This document shows positions 10,651-23,479 of a stretch of DNA of 64,000 nucleotides, one piece after another. The position numbers and the translations under genes are program-made. Each line of letters starts with the position of its first letter. Position 1 is the stretch's first letter. The stretch comes from Phyllobates terribilis (Eukaryota), in assembly GCF_046119375.1 (NCBI RefSeq), contig NW_027362764.1, positions 747,534,001-747,598,000 on the forward strand, in the 5' to 3' direction. Under the pieces are notes generated by a model. The model was not told the origin of the DNA, did no database searches, and saw only the letters and a list, made by a program, of their open reading frames with translations.

Positions 10651-12660
10651 ATGTTGTATTGGTGTGATACTGAAGCAGTTATCTACCACCTCACCTGTCC
10701 ATGCGGACTAATTTATATAGGGATGACCACCAGATCCCTGAAAGTACGCATACAAGAGCATATCAGGGACATTAATAACGCTTCCACCTGCCCTGATTTT
10801 CAAACCCTTAAAACTATACCTAAAAACTTTTTAGAAAATCATGGAGGCAATCCGTGAGGCCTTACAGTCCGCGGTATTGATCACATATATATGGGCATTA
10901 GAGGTGGTAACCTTAAAATAAAACTGCTTCAGAAAGAAACACGGTGGATCGTGTTATTGGATATGGCTTCCCCAAAAGGGTTGAATGATATGGTCAGTTT
11001 CAAGTCTTTTTTGTAAAGAAATTGTTGCGCTGTTTTATGACTGACACCTTTAGCCTCTATTTTAACCACTTTTAATTGTGTTCGTGTTTTTCGGTCACTA
11101 AATGCTTTTGTTTTATACCCTCCAGACAATCAATCTGATCTAGGTCTGCTGCACCTTCGTTGCGTAAAAGTTCAAGTGGGATCATCTGAAAGAATTTATG
11201 CATATATGAAATTGATAGAAGAAATATTCCATTGATGATCTCAGAGAGTACCAAAACAGTAGAAATATCCCCTGGATGATGATCTCAGGGACTACAATGA
11301 TAGAAGAAACATCTCCCTAATGACGTCTTTAAAGGTTATTATGACAGAAGAAACACCTCCCGGATGATGACTTTTAAGATCACTATGATATCTCCGGAAG
11401 GACCAATATGCAGAGTTGGCAGCATGGATTACAATTGGCCAGCAAGCAACCACAACTCATTAAGAGATATATTTGGACACTTATTCCTGTTTGCTATAGG
11501 TCTTTCCAAATGGCCCCTACTGCAATCCATAAATCTTGCTGATTTTGATATACCTTATTCAATCATTTAGCAATGATGGTACTAATTTATATTGCAATGT
11601 TTATATTCTTTGGTTCTCTGTTTGAATATCATATATGCTGTCATTACATATGGAATAGAGGGCGGCATATTTAATCTCTCCATGTATATTTTCATGCTGC
11701 CCCTGTAGTGTATGCGAATATGTGGACTGTTGCGGCACAGTGATATGGCCATTCTATGTGCCTTCACAGTACCACCTAAATCGCAGCAACCTATTACCTT
11801 CACTGATACTTTTCAGCGTAACCTCTTACTTACCTAGACACGCTCCCGTGCATGTGTGCTCTTACTCTGGTGGCGTCTTGGACTCACTGCATTGCCGCGG
11901 TGACGGAATGGATAACACGCCTCTCCTTCCCATCACATGCGGCGCGCGTGGGCCTGCATCATCACCGGGGCGGATCGCTATGACGTTGGAGGTTCTGATT
12001 GGCACACTCCCATATATAAGGAGTTCCCTTCCTCAAGACAGCCACGCCTCCTGACGAAGCCGATCCTGGTGAAACGCGCGTCGAGGCTGCCACACATCCC
12101 CAGAATTTCTTCCCACGCCGCCATATATTTTTCCAGCATGACTCAAGGTAATAGAGACTTAATAGCATTAGCGTTGAACGGTGTATATGTGTTCCCACTG
12201 CGCTAACAGCCTACAGTCTAACTGATCAACTTTCAGAGTGTACCTATTCAGACAATAGTCTATCACAGCATAATTATAGTCCTATTACCAGGCTATACAT
12301 CTCTCACATGGAGAAATGTTACATGGAATATTTTTCTATGGTCCATTGATTGAGAGCTCTTTGGTTGGGTCTGTGTCTGGATATCAGCACAACAGGTCAT
12401 GAGATATATATACACAAATACCTGTCCTTTTTTACTTTTTCTATATTATTTGGCTTGTAGACTATGCCAACACTCTTACTCATTGAGTGTCATATAGGGG
12501 ATGTAAGTCACTTTGCAGGGTTTATCAATCTTACCCTGCCCTTTCTTCTTTTAGCTGTTCCTCCCCCAAATCTCACCCCCATTATTTATATTTGAGTATC
12601 TTTTGTGAACAATAATTTTTTCAATAAAGTATATTTATATGGCTAAATCCCGTTTTGTAT
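10651..12660 (+). mobile_element. Penelope-like element remnant (GIY-YIG endonuclease fragment plus pseudo-LTR)
   Basis: 10651-11016 reads VIYHLTCPCGLIYIGMTTRSLKVRIQEH...(TGA)...LLQKETRWIVLLDMASPKGLN, the Penelope GIY-YIG pattern. Downstream are ATTGG, TATATAA (12013), a hammerhead core and AATAAA near 12622. Boundaries are approximate. Confidence 0.75.
12046..12087 (+). ncRNA. Minimal type I hammerhead ribozyme
   Basis: Stem I GCCTC/GAGGC; core CTGACGA(A); stem II GCCG/TGGT with two G-U pairs; GAAA; palindromic stem III ACGCGCGT; cleavage triplet GTC at 12080-12082. Confidence 0.8.
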
Positions 12661-13668
12661 TGTTTTGGAGCTAACTTACATGTGTATTAAGGAATTTACA
12701 ATCAAATATATAGAGGTTCTCTCTCCGATTTATAACTTTTCTCTCCAATACTTCTCTTTGGTTGTGTTGTCTTCATAGGGATTACGGACCATATATTGCA
12801 TGGTTGGTTTATAGGTTTTCATGTTGTATTGGATGCCTTACAGATGGGTAAAAACGCACCAAGTTGGGAATAACCCAATAATTGAGATGATCTAAATTCA
12901 GATTAGTAGACCATCGCTAGGTCCATGCATCGCTGTCAGCCCATGAGAGACATACTAAGATAAGTGGATCCATCAACAGCAGCTTGTTGGTGGCTTCTAG
13001 GAACATTTTTTTCAACATTGCAAACTGAAAAATATTTACAGAAAAAGTATTGTAGGTATGATAAATATACAGATAATATGCATCAAAAGTGGAGTTTCCC
13101 TTTAAAATAAAACAGCTTTATATTAAGATTACGGCATCAATGACGATTTAATTAAGAAATGCTGGGAAATCACAGATGAGATTCTTCATGACACCAACCA
13201 TTCCTTTTACTGGGGGATCTGGGGATTTATATAAGAAAACTATAGGTTGCATGTTGCCAGAGGCTGTGTCTTTACAGCGTGCACTCATCCAGCTTAGTCA
13301 CACAGCGTCAAACAGATGCACACATAAAATAATATATATACGACTCTCCTGGATAGTAAAGGAGAACAGCTTCTAACACTGATGGAAAACACACAGGAAA
13401 AAGGCAAGGGGTAAAATGTTATCATTGTGCTGATAATCATAGGAGAAGGCGCAATTAGCATACAATACCACTGACTCAGAACAGGAAAGATGTTCTACAA
13501 CGTCCAAATGTCAAAATCTGGAACGGATTTCACCAGTCATATGATGCTGATCATATATAGTGCTCATAGCAGCATTGCCTTCTCATGTATTGTCCCTTAC
13601 TAAGCCATGGCTGTGTTGAGCACCCTCTACCAAAATATGAAGTGGCTCAACATTACTGTATTAGGGTA

Positions 13669-15285
13669 CAGTGGCGTGTAAAAGTTTGGGCACCCCTGGT
13701 CAAAATTACTGTTATTGTGAACAGTTAAGCAAGTTGAAGATAGAATGATCTCTAAAAGGCCTAAAGTTAAAGATGACACATTTCCTTTGTATTTTAGGCA
13801 AAAAATATATATTTTTATATATACATATTTATAGATTTATATTTTAAAAATTACAAAAAGGAAAATGGGCCAATGCAAAAGTTTGGGCACCCTACATGGT
13901 TAGTATCTAGTAGAACCTCCTTTTGAAAGTATCACAGCTTGTAAACGCTTTTTGTAGCCAGATAAGAGTCTTTCAGTTCTTCTTTGAGGGATTTTCATCT
14001 ATTCTTACTTGGAAAATTCTTCCAGTTCTGTGAGATTCTTGGTCATCTTGCATTCTCTGCTATTTTGAGGTCTAGCCACAGATTGTCAATGATGTTCAGA
14101 TCAGTGGACTTTGAGGGCTATTTTAATGCCTTCAGCTTGCTCCTTTTGAGGTTGTCTATTGTGGATGTTGACATGTGTTTAGAATCATTATTCATTTGTA
14201 GAAGCCATCCTCTTTTCAACTTCAGCTTTTTTACAGATAATGTTATGTTTGCATCAAGAATTTTTTGAAATTTCATTGAATCCTTTCTTCCCTTTACCCG
14301 TGAAATGTTCCCCGAGCCACTGGCTACAACACAACCCCAAAGCATGATTGATCCTCCCCCATGCTTAATGGTTGGTGAGATGTTTTTTTCCTGAAATTCT
14401 GTGCCCTTTCTTCTCCACACATACCTTTGATCATAAGGGCAGCACAGTGGCCTTGCAGCGCTGGGGTCATGGGTTCAAATCCCACCAAGGACAACATCTG
14501 CAAGGAGTTTTATGTTCTCCCCGTGTTTACGTGGGTTTCCTCCAGGTTCTCCGGTTTCCTCCCACACTTCAAAGACATACTGATAGGGAATTTAGATTGT
14601 GAGCCCCAATGGGGACAGCAATGATTATGTATGTAAAACGCTGTGGAATATGTTAGCGCTATCTAAAAAATAAAGATTATTATTATTGTGGACAGAGTTC
14701 TATTTTAACCTCATCGATCCACAGGACTTGCTTCCAAAACGCATCAGGCTTGTTTCAACGTTCTTTTCCATAATTCTGACTCTGAATTTTATTGTGAGGA
14801 AGCAGGAAAGGTTTTCTTCTGATGACTCTTCTATGAAAGCCATATTTGTGCAGGTGTCTCTGAACTGCAGAACAATGTGCCACAACTCCAGAGTCTGCTA
14901 AATATTTCTGGAGGTCTTTGCAGTTAGCCGGGGGTTCTCCTGCTTTGTGGGCCTCCACCATTTTCATTATCAGCGTGCTAGGCAGCCGCTTAGAAGAACC
15001 TATGGCTGCTGTTTTTTGGTACAAGGTTAGAAGAGGCTAGGTTTTTATGAAGCTGGAAAATTTGCATCACCGGCCTTTCCTAACTAGGATAGTGAACAAA
15101 CCATAACCCTAACAGGCTAATTAAGATCTGAAACCTTGGTCAAAGTTATCTCAGCGCACAAATCTCCAAGGGTGCCCAAACGTTTCATCTGCCCATTTTA
15201 CTTTTTGTAATTTTTAAAATGTAAAAAATGACAATATATTTTTCTTTCTTGCCTAAAATACAATGGAAATGTGTCATTTTTTTAA
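13669..15285 (-). mobile_element. Degenerate Tc1-family element (internally deleted, right TIR truncated)
   Basis: TA|CAGTGGCGTGTAAAAGTTTGGGCACCC; transposase fragment TIKHGGGSIMLWGC...QMNNDSKH at 14118-14420; partial inverted copy of the left end at ~15165-15285. Confidence 0.8.
14437..14687 (+). mobile_element. tRNA-derived V-SINE-like element inserted in the Tc1 relic
   Basis: B-box GGGTTCAAATCCC, V-domain-like GGGTTTCCTCCAGGTTCTCCGGTTTCCTCCCACAC, LINE-like tail ending (ATT)n. Confidence 0.8.
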
Positions 15286-16591
15286 AAAAATATATATAAT
15301 GATCTTACTAAAAAATAGGAATATTGCGATTTTTTACACTGGCCACTGGGGCTTATTTAGACTCCTACTTTATGTCCTTTCATGAAGAGTTTCCAGCAGG
15401 CTCCTTATCATCAGAGGCAGGATTATGATGATAGGTAACCCACCTCTATACACACTTGATAACAAAAGATCCACCAATCACAATAGGCGATGTCACACCT
15501 GCCCCTACATCCCCTTCCTTCACAATGACCTTTTCACATGCTCATTAGACACTTCAATACAAAAGAATGGATTGGGATCTAACTATTGTGGCTAATTTAC
15601 ATGTGTTTTTTTCCTGAAACAACAGGAAGTTATTGTTTTGAAAAATCTACAGTGGCCAGTGTGACAATTGCAAGATTTCTAATTTTTGTTTTTAATACAG
15701 ATTGTGATATGTAAAAAGGAAAAAAAAAATATTTCCAAAAATACTTAAAAAATACATTTAACAAAAAAAACTTGATTTGAACAATTATTAATTTTGTGAT
15801 AGTATCTTCCCTATGATAAGTGATTTATTTCTGACTGCATTGAAGTACCAGTAAGGGGAGCTAATTGATACAGTATTGAAATCAATGGTGACTATATATC
15901 ATAAATATGTATACAGGGGCCCTCCCCATAGTGAAAGCCGCCGGAAGCAGTTCAATGTTGGTTCTTCTTCCACCTAATAACAGCCATGTCTTCTGTCCCT
16001 AGAGTTGTTCATTGTATCTTGGACCATGGTTCTTTTATATCCTTTGAAATAAGAGTCAGGGTCCCCAGTAAATGCCTTGAGTTCTCCACAAAGGATTGGT
16101 GTATTACTCTTTTGGGTGGGTGGCCTCTCCTACTGCAAAGATATGCAAGAAATCAGTCTCCCAGCCATAACTTTGTCTCTGAGCATTTGCATCCCTATTA
16201 ATGGGACACTTTAAAGCCCAACCCCTGATCCGCCTTCAATGTCCACACAACACCCCAGAAATACTTACTTTTAGGTAAATTGACATAAACCTGATTTAGC
16301 AGCCCTTTCCTGCAAATAACAAGATATTGGGGGGAAGTAATGTACCGTAGTTTTTTCACTTCCCTAGAAGACCCGATGGCCTGAATTCATAGACAGCCGC
16401 CACTTGTGCCCCCAGTTTGTATCGAGAATAATATGGACAAGTCTCAGCCTTACATTCTAGTGGCTCTAGTGTAGGAACAGGTTGGGGTACAAGCGGGGGA
16501 ATCCATTTTTCTCTGCCAGAGTTTTTACTTACATAGTATGTCAGCACAAAATGACTGTTCAAACCAAGCACAGTAACTCAATGAAACCCTA

Positions 16592-16715
16592 CATAGAATC
16601 ATAGAATGTTAGAGTTGGAAGGGACCTCCAGGGTTATCGTGTCCAAAGCAGTTCAATGCAGGAATCACTAAACCATCTCAGACAGAAGTCTGTCCAGCCT
16701 CTGTGTGAAGACCCT
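16592..16715 (-). mobile_element. CR1 LINE 3'-end fragment
   Basis: (CATAGAAT)2 tail followed by GTTGGAAGGGACCT, the reverse complement of a typical CR1 3' terminus. Confidence 0.7.
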
Positions 16716-19131
16716 TGACATAGCATAGCAGTGCACTCTACTTGATTTCCATCTATCTCTGCCCCTTCTTCCTTGATTGACAGCTAGGACTTTACCGGAG
16801 GCAGAGGAGGGAGAAGATAGATGGAAAACAAGTAGATGGGAAGGTGCGCTGGACTGCTCAGGCCACAACAAGGGTGCTTGGTTTAAACAGTGATTTTGTG
16901 CTGACAAACCCTTTAAATACACCCTATTGTGCATGTTTTACGTTAATATTTTAATGTAGGGAAATCATTAGCTCATTCTTTATTTAGTTTCTTAGTTATT
17001 AAGTATAAATATTAATTCCGTATTTCCAGAAGGCAAATGTTGTTTGTAACTTTTGGCAGATACTGCAGACAGTGACATAGTCGTAGAATCCTTTTACATT
17101 TCCCTTATGTCAGCAATGGACCATTGTGTCTAATGGTGAATGTATGAAACCAAAGAACACTTCATGAGCGGCTTGTTCTATATACTGGAACAATGCCAGG
17201 GGGGATCTAGCCGCCATCGAGGGTCCATTTTCTTTATTGACTTTGGGGTAGTGGCCATATGGAACATTAACAATGTAATACTTTTCGTCTACGTTTTCCA
17301 CAACCTGTGAGTAATTGTTCATTTTGTGTAATATTCCATTAATTCATCCGTTCTGGATGAATCTTGAGCTCATTGTTGGCCTGTGCAATGGTATGATGAA
17401 TGAACACAACTTAGAAACTGCATTGACGTAGAAAGACCTTTATTTAATTTATATATTTTTTTTGCATTAATAATTACCAAAGAGGTTTTTAGAAAAGTTG
17501 GGCAAGAATATGGAATGTCATATAATAAAGAAATAACTATTACTACTCATTGAAGCCTCCTTCTCGCCAGAGCTTCCGCTATGGGGGTCCACTCAGATCC
17601 TGCAATGGTGATTTCCCGTCCATAAGTCAGATGGCAGATGCAGTCATTTCTGTCCTTGGCCATCATGTCTAGTACTTGCATACATCACAACTAAGGCCAG
17701 TGATTGATTGAAATACTCATCTGAGGGATGGAATGGATGTCATCACTACAGGATGATGGGAACCACTGACGAGCGGCAGGTAAGTAATGGTTATAGTCAT
17801 CTTAGAACATTTCCTACTCTTGGCTAAGTTTTTCTAAATCATGTAAAACCTATTTCAAGTTAAACTCTGATCAAGTTTTCAGAATTAATAAAATGGAGTT
17901 AGTAGAGTCATCATGTAACTTCCCAGGTCTAGTAATGATTTTACCTTCATCTTTTAAATCCAATATTCACTATACACTATACAAAGATTGTGCCTTTTTT
18001 TACTTTTCAGTTCAAATTTTGCATGCTAATTTTGTAAAAAAGAAAATTGCAAAATTTGTAATTTTACACTGCCCTCGCTATATTTTACAAGTGGGCCATA
18101 AAGTGGATATGGTTAGCTATTAGAGATGAAAGTATCAATTCGCTTACCCTGCTCCAATAGACACATCAGTGGTCCATGGCCACCAAATGGGAGCCCTCTG
18201 AAACGCCTCCTACTCGCTGGAATCAATGGCATTACTCCTGTCTGTTGGCCAAGGACCATCGACATGACCGTTGGCCTAGGATCCTGCTAATCGATTTGCT
18301 CATCTCTATTAATTATGCAATTAGGTTTACGCCAGTTTCCTAATTTACAACTTTTTAAAAAGTTGCAAAAAAGTCACAGTTCTCACTTCAGTGCTAGACA
18401 GAAATGTTATAGGTAACGATGCTCCATTTTTATAAAATATTGTGTGACATTTTAATAAATTTGATGCAAATAAAGGCAAAAACCAGCCTCCAACAAAACC
18501 AACCTCACACAAAACTGACATCAGAAATGTCTCACATGATCCCCTCATCCTTAACACTTCAGCAGACATGAGCGGATCGATTCACAGAGGATCGAGCTTG
18601 AGTGAAATTTCCTGAAATTCAAGGTTCCACACAAATTCTAACACTCTAAAACTTGATGCACAATTTGCAAAAAAATAAAACTTGTCAGGTGCCATTTCCC
18701 ACACAATAGGCAATACAAAGTACCCTCAATATCATCAGTGTTATGGGAACAATGCATGCAGAGAGTGGGCAGAGCAGGAAGTGATGTCAGAGAATCGACT
18801 GATTGTTGGAACCTCGTTTGGCATTCACCAAATGCTCAAAGTAACAAATATAAGCAAGCATGGTCAGACAACAGCTAGGTTTAGAGTCAATGAAGAATAA
18901 GCAAATGTTATCAAAGGCATAGAATTCATGATGGTGAAGGTAACTTAAAAATAGTCAAGGGGCTAGAAGTAAAGGTAGGTCAAATAGTGTATCCAAAATA
19001 GGGATGAAAGCCGTGTCCATAGCAGTATCTAAAACACAAAAATGGAAAGAAAAAATAATAGAAGAAAAAACATAAAAGGGAAAAAAAAAAAAAAAATCTT
19101 ATAATTTAACTGGCTAATGATGTGAGTTTAC

Positions 19132-19520
19132 AGTAAGGGTAGTGCTGCGTAGCACTGCTGGAATCCAGTGGCCGAAGGAGAACAAGCAGGAACAGAAAAC
19201 TGTAGTAGCAGTTCTTGGAGTTAGCAAAGGAGTTGTAGGAAACAATCCATAGATACGTGAGGACAGTCTGGGTAAGACAGTCCAGGAACAGGAGACTGGA
19301 ACTAGACTAAACAGCTAGACACAATATTCAAGCAATGAGTGAGTGATCCATGCAGCTTTAAGTAGGCTCAAACAGGAAACCAGATGGATTCCACAGGTTC
19401 AGAATCCGCCATCTTAGTAAAGGGCAATTGTAGAAAACAGCAGCAGCCTCCAGTGGTAAGGAGGTGAACAATAGCAGCCACTAGTGGTCAAACTGTAGAA
19501 GGACAACAGGAATCCTGACA
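19132..19520 (-). mobile_element. Possible degenerate Gypsy solo LTR
   Basis: Minus strand starts TGTCAGGATTCC and has a TATA-like TACTTAAAG; no TSD found and the left boundary is uncertain. Confidence 0.4.
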
Positions 19521-20204
19521 GGTATCCTATCATAAAGACCTTTTTCAGGTTTTAGGAGTTTTACTATAGAGCCTAGTATGCAGTGTAGGCCGAGTTCACA
19601 TTACCAAATCCTACCAAACTCATGCAGCTACTATTCATGGCCTAATAGCACTAATCTGGCCCAGAGACTGGAGTTGTGCAAAGCGATCCGCTCATCTCTA
19701 ATGACAAGTGCAAACATCATGTATATACAAATAGTAACCTACAACAATATTAGCAAAGCTACAGCCTGTAAAATATCATGTGGAAGACACATATATAAAC
19801 CAAAGAATAGTCAAAAGTACAAGTTAGACAACTCTCTGTATTAAATTAGCATTAAAATTGAAAAACAAAGTATAATATAATACAGCCTATAAAAGTATGG
19901 TATAATGTAGTAGCAGTAGTAGCAATAATAATAATAATAATAGTAATAATTATAGGGAAAATATACCATAAAGATTTAGAGGTAGTAACAATGCATAGTA
20001 AGTAGAAAACATATTATCAGACAAATAAACAGTTGAAGTGTCCTGAGCTCAGTGATGATGCCAACCCCCACCCGCATTTTGGCAGAGCCTTATTTTACCC
20101 AAATAATTTTAACTAAAGAAATAGATTGTATTGCCCCAATTTATTGGTGATGGGATGGCACTCTGTTCTCCAGCCATTTGCATGCTATCTATCAGAGGTG
20201 TAAC

Positions 20205-21422
20205 TGACGCGCCCCCTGGGCCATATTCTTTAGGGGAATACCCGGAGCCGGATCAGATGGGGGTGGTAGTCTCCGAGTGGCTGTGACCCGGTCCGTGCCC
20301 AGGGTGTCAAGCTCAGTGTATGTGGCAGTCCTACAGATGTTACAAAGTTCGTTATGTCGACTACGCCACCCGTTGGATTGCGGTCACTACGGCCGCCGCT
20401 GCAGCAGGGTCCGCTGAGGCTGATGGTGTTGGTGCAGCTTTAGATAGTATAACCCCCAACGGGAGGGGTATGGCCTCAGGGGGTCAGGTGCAGAGGATGG
20501 GGGTTGTGGTGGTGCAGCGTAGATGATAATTAAAGACAGAGTCGGGTTGTGCAGTTCAGGGTGTTTACTTACTGCAGATATTCCGGTCACTCCGGCCTTG
20601 AGTGACCACCCGAGCCGTGCTGCGTCCACCAGGTCCTGGATTCAGCCAACCCCCAAGCAAGTCCGGAGCGTGTCCCTGAGCCCTCCTTCTTGTCCTTTCT
20701 TCTGGCCGTCCCCACCAGGGATCCACCTAGGTCCAGCTCCCTCGGGCCTTCTGTTGGGAGACCCTTGGCCTTGGGTTCCCTGACCCTACACGTGGTTTGC
20801 CTTCAGGGTGGATGTGGTGGGTGGCCGTGGCAGATTCTGCCCACGGCCTCCGGTCTCTGGCTGAGGTATGCTTTAGCCCCCACCAGTTTGGGATCCGGTA
20901 CCCTGTTGCCAACTCTTCACCCTAGGGTTGTACTTGGGTTCTCAGAGTTCCTTCTGTCTTCCCCTCTCTGGGTCTTTCTTGTTCTCCTCTCTCACTCTCT
21001 CTGGGCCTTGGGCTGCTCTGCTCCTCTGCTTTCTTCCTCTGACTTCTCTGCAAAGACTGGCTGACTGACTGACTGACTGACCCTGATCTTAGATGGTGCC
21101 CACCTTAAATACTCCCTCTATGTGTGAGCTCAGGTGACCAGCACCCAATGAGCTCCTAACTTTACCCAGGCTGCACCCCCTCTCTGCCCCTACACTACTG
21201 GGATGTACCACCCCCCTCCCACTCCAGCCAGGAACAGACTCGGTCGTACCTGCACATTTCTAAGTGGGAGTACCGTTGGTCTGTTCCTCGGAAATGGGAT
21301 GTGTGTAGTGCATGCAGCTTTCTGAGCTCAGATCCACACTCCATCCTTACCCGGGAGTGGAATACCACACCTCTGGTTGAGGTGCAATACCCCTGTAGCA
21401 GCCGAATCCTCAGGGTGCTACA
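20205..21422 (-). mobile_element. Solo LTR, CSD-element family (subfamily A)
   Basis: Reverse complement TGTAGCACCCTGAGG...GCGCGTCA; 4-bp TSD TAAC at 20201-20204 and 21423-21426. Confidence 0.95.
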
Positions 21423-21809
21423 TAACCTCCTGGGCTCCAATGCAAATCCATAAAATGTACCTCAACTACCATGTTAAATTTATGATACTGGTGTCTTCCT
21501 ATGAAGAAGAGGAGACTTTAGGCCTCCTATTGCATCAGAGGCTGAGTACCGCTACTTTTGCACCCTTTAGAGCAGGGGAAAGGAACCTTTTTGCTGCCAC
21601 AGGCCATTTGGGAGCCGTACAAAATTATCAACTTGAAGATTACCCTGCTACAGTTGGACAAACATGGCTGTGATGTTAGGTGGTATGGATGATGTTGCTA
21701 CTCGTAACTACTTTTCCAGATTTTCATCGGTCTGGAGCGCAGGCGACTCTTTGCAATGATAAGTTTTGCAAAGAACTCGTAGCAGTAAGTTATACTGAAC
21801 ACAGATGTA

Positions 21810-23394
21810 CAGTGCCTACAAGTAGTATTCAACCCCCTGCAGATTTAGGTGGTTGACACTTGCGGAATTAACTTGGCATTGTGACATTTGTACTGTAGAT
21901 CAGCCTGGAAGTGGGAAATGCACTGCAGCAACTTTTTTTTGTTTTTTTGTTTTTTTAAAACGTTAAAAGTTAATTCAGAGTGTCATTTATTATTCAACCC
22001 CTCAAACCACAAGAATTCTGTTTGGTCCCCCTAAAGTATTAAGAAGTAGTTCAGGCACCAAGAATAATGAGCTTCACATGTGTGGATTAAAGATCTCTTT
22101 TGCCAGCCTTTTCTGACTATTTAAGACCCTCCCCAAACTTGTGAACAGCACTCAGACATGGTCAACATGGGAAAGACAAAAGAGCATTCCAAGGCCATCA
22201 GAGACAAGATCGTGGAGGGTCACAAGGCTGGCAAGGGGTACAAAACCCTTTCCAAGGAGTTGGGCCTACCTGTCTCCACTGTTGGGAGCATCATCCGTAA
22301 GTGGAAGGCTTATGGAATTACTGTTAGCCTTCCACGGCCTGGACAGCCTTTGAAAGTGTCCTCCCGTGCCGAGGCCAGGTTTGTCCGAAGAGTCAAGGCT
22401 AACCCAAGGACAACAAGGAAGGAGCTCCGGGAAGATCTCATGGCAGTGGGGACACTGGTTTCAGTCAATACCATAAGTAACGTACTCCACCGCAATGGTC
22501 TCCGTTCCAGACGAGACCGTAAGGTACCTTTACTTTCAAAGCGTCATGTCAAGGCTCGTCTACAGTTTGCTCATGATCATTTGGAGGACTCTGAGACAGA
22601 CTGGTTCAAGGTTCTATGGTCTGATGAGACCAAGATCGAGATCTTTGGTGCCAACCACACACGTGACGTTTGGAGACTGGATGGCACTGCATACGACCCC
22701 AAGAATACCACCCCTACAGTCAAGCATGGTGGTGGCAGCATCATGCTGTGGAGCTGTTTCTCTGCCAAGGGGCCTGGCCATCTGGTCCGCATCCATGGGA
22801 AGATGGATAGCACGACCTACCTGGAGATTTTGGCCAAGAACCTCCGCTCCTCCATCAAGGATCTTAAGATGGATCGTAATTTCATCTTCCAACAAGACAA
22901 CGACCCAAAGCACACAGCCAAGAAAACCAAGGCCTGGTTCAAGAGGGAAAAAGTCAAGGTGTTGGAGTGGCCTAGTCAGTCTCCTGACTTTAACCCAATT
23001 GAAAACTTGTGGAAGGAGCTCAAGAATAAAGTCCACATGAGACACCCAAAGAACCTAGATAACTTGGAGAAGATCTGCATGGAGGAGTGGGCCAAGATAA
23101 CTCCACAGACCTGTGCCAGCCTGATCAGGTCTTATAAAAGACGATTATTAGCTGTAATTGCAAACAAGGGTTATTCCACAAAATATTAAACATAGGGGTT
23201 GAATAATAATTGACCCACACTTTTATGTTTAAAATTTAATAAAATTCAACTGAGCAACATAACTTTTAGGTTTGTAAGATTTATGCTTCTGTTCATAAAA
23301 CCTACTCTCGTTTGCAGTTTGAAGGCTCTAACTTATTTGCATCTTATCAAACCAGCTAAATCTGCAGGGGGTTGAATACTACTTGTAGGCACTG
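21810..23394 (+). mobile_element. Tc1-family transposon, full length (1585 bp)
   Basis: TA|CAGTGCCTACAAGTAGTATTCAACCCCCTGCAGATTT with an exact inverted end followed by TA. Confidence 0.95.
22167..23189 (+). CDS. Tc1 DD34E transposase, apparently intact (alternative ATG at 22158)
   Basis: MGKTKEHS..., WSDETK, QQDNDPKH, then 34 residues to SPDFNPIE; no stops. Confidence 0.92.
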   Translation: MGKTKEHSKAIRDKIVEGHKAGKGYKTLSKELGLPVSTVGSIIRKWKAYGITVSLPRPGQPLKVSSRAEARFVRRVKANPRTTRKELREDLMAVGTLVSVNTISNVLHRNGLRSRRDRKVPLLSKRHVKARLQFAHDHLEDSETDWFKVLWSDETKIEIFGANHTRDVWRLDGTAYDPKNTTPTVKHGGGSIMLWSCFSAKGPGHLVRIHGKMDSTTYLEILAKNLRSSIKDLKMDRNFIFQQDNDPKHTAKKTKAWFKREKVKVLEWPSQSPDFNPIENLWKELKNKVHMRHPKNLDNLEKICMEEWAKITPQTCASLIRSYKRRLLAVIANKGYSTKY

Positions 23395-23479
23395 TATATT
23401 ACACTGCAGATCTCCTTTCAGTGGGAAACTCATCACTGTTCAAATTACATTTATAGAACTCAAGCTATGTCAGATCTGC

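Noticed and set aside
15930-17330. Possible host exons (16356-16571, 17110-17322)
   Set aside because: No recognisable protein similarity and no consistent acceptor-donor pairs that keep a frame.
22310-23045. Overlapping and antisense ORFs within Tc1, hAT, CR1 and gypsy coding regions
   Set aside because: Shadow frames of the real transposon ORFs.
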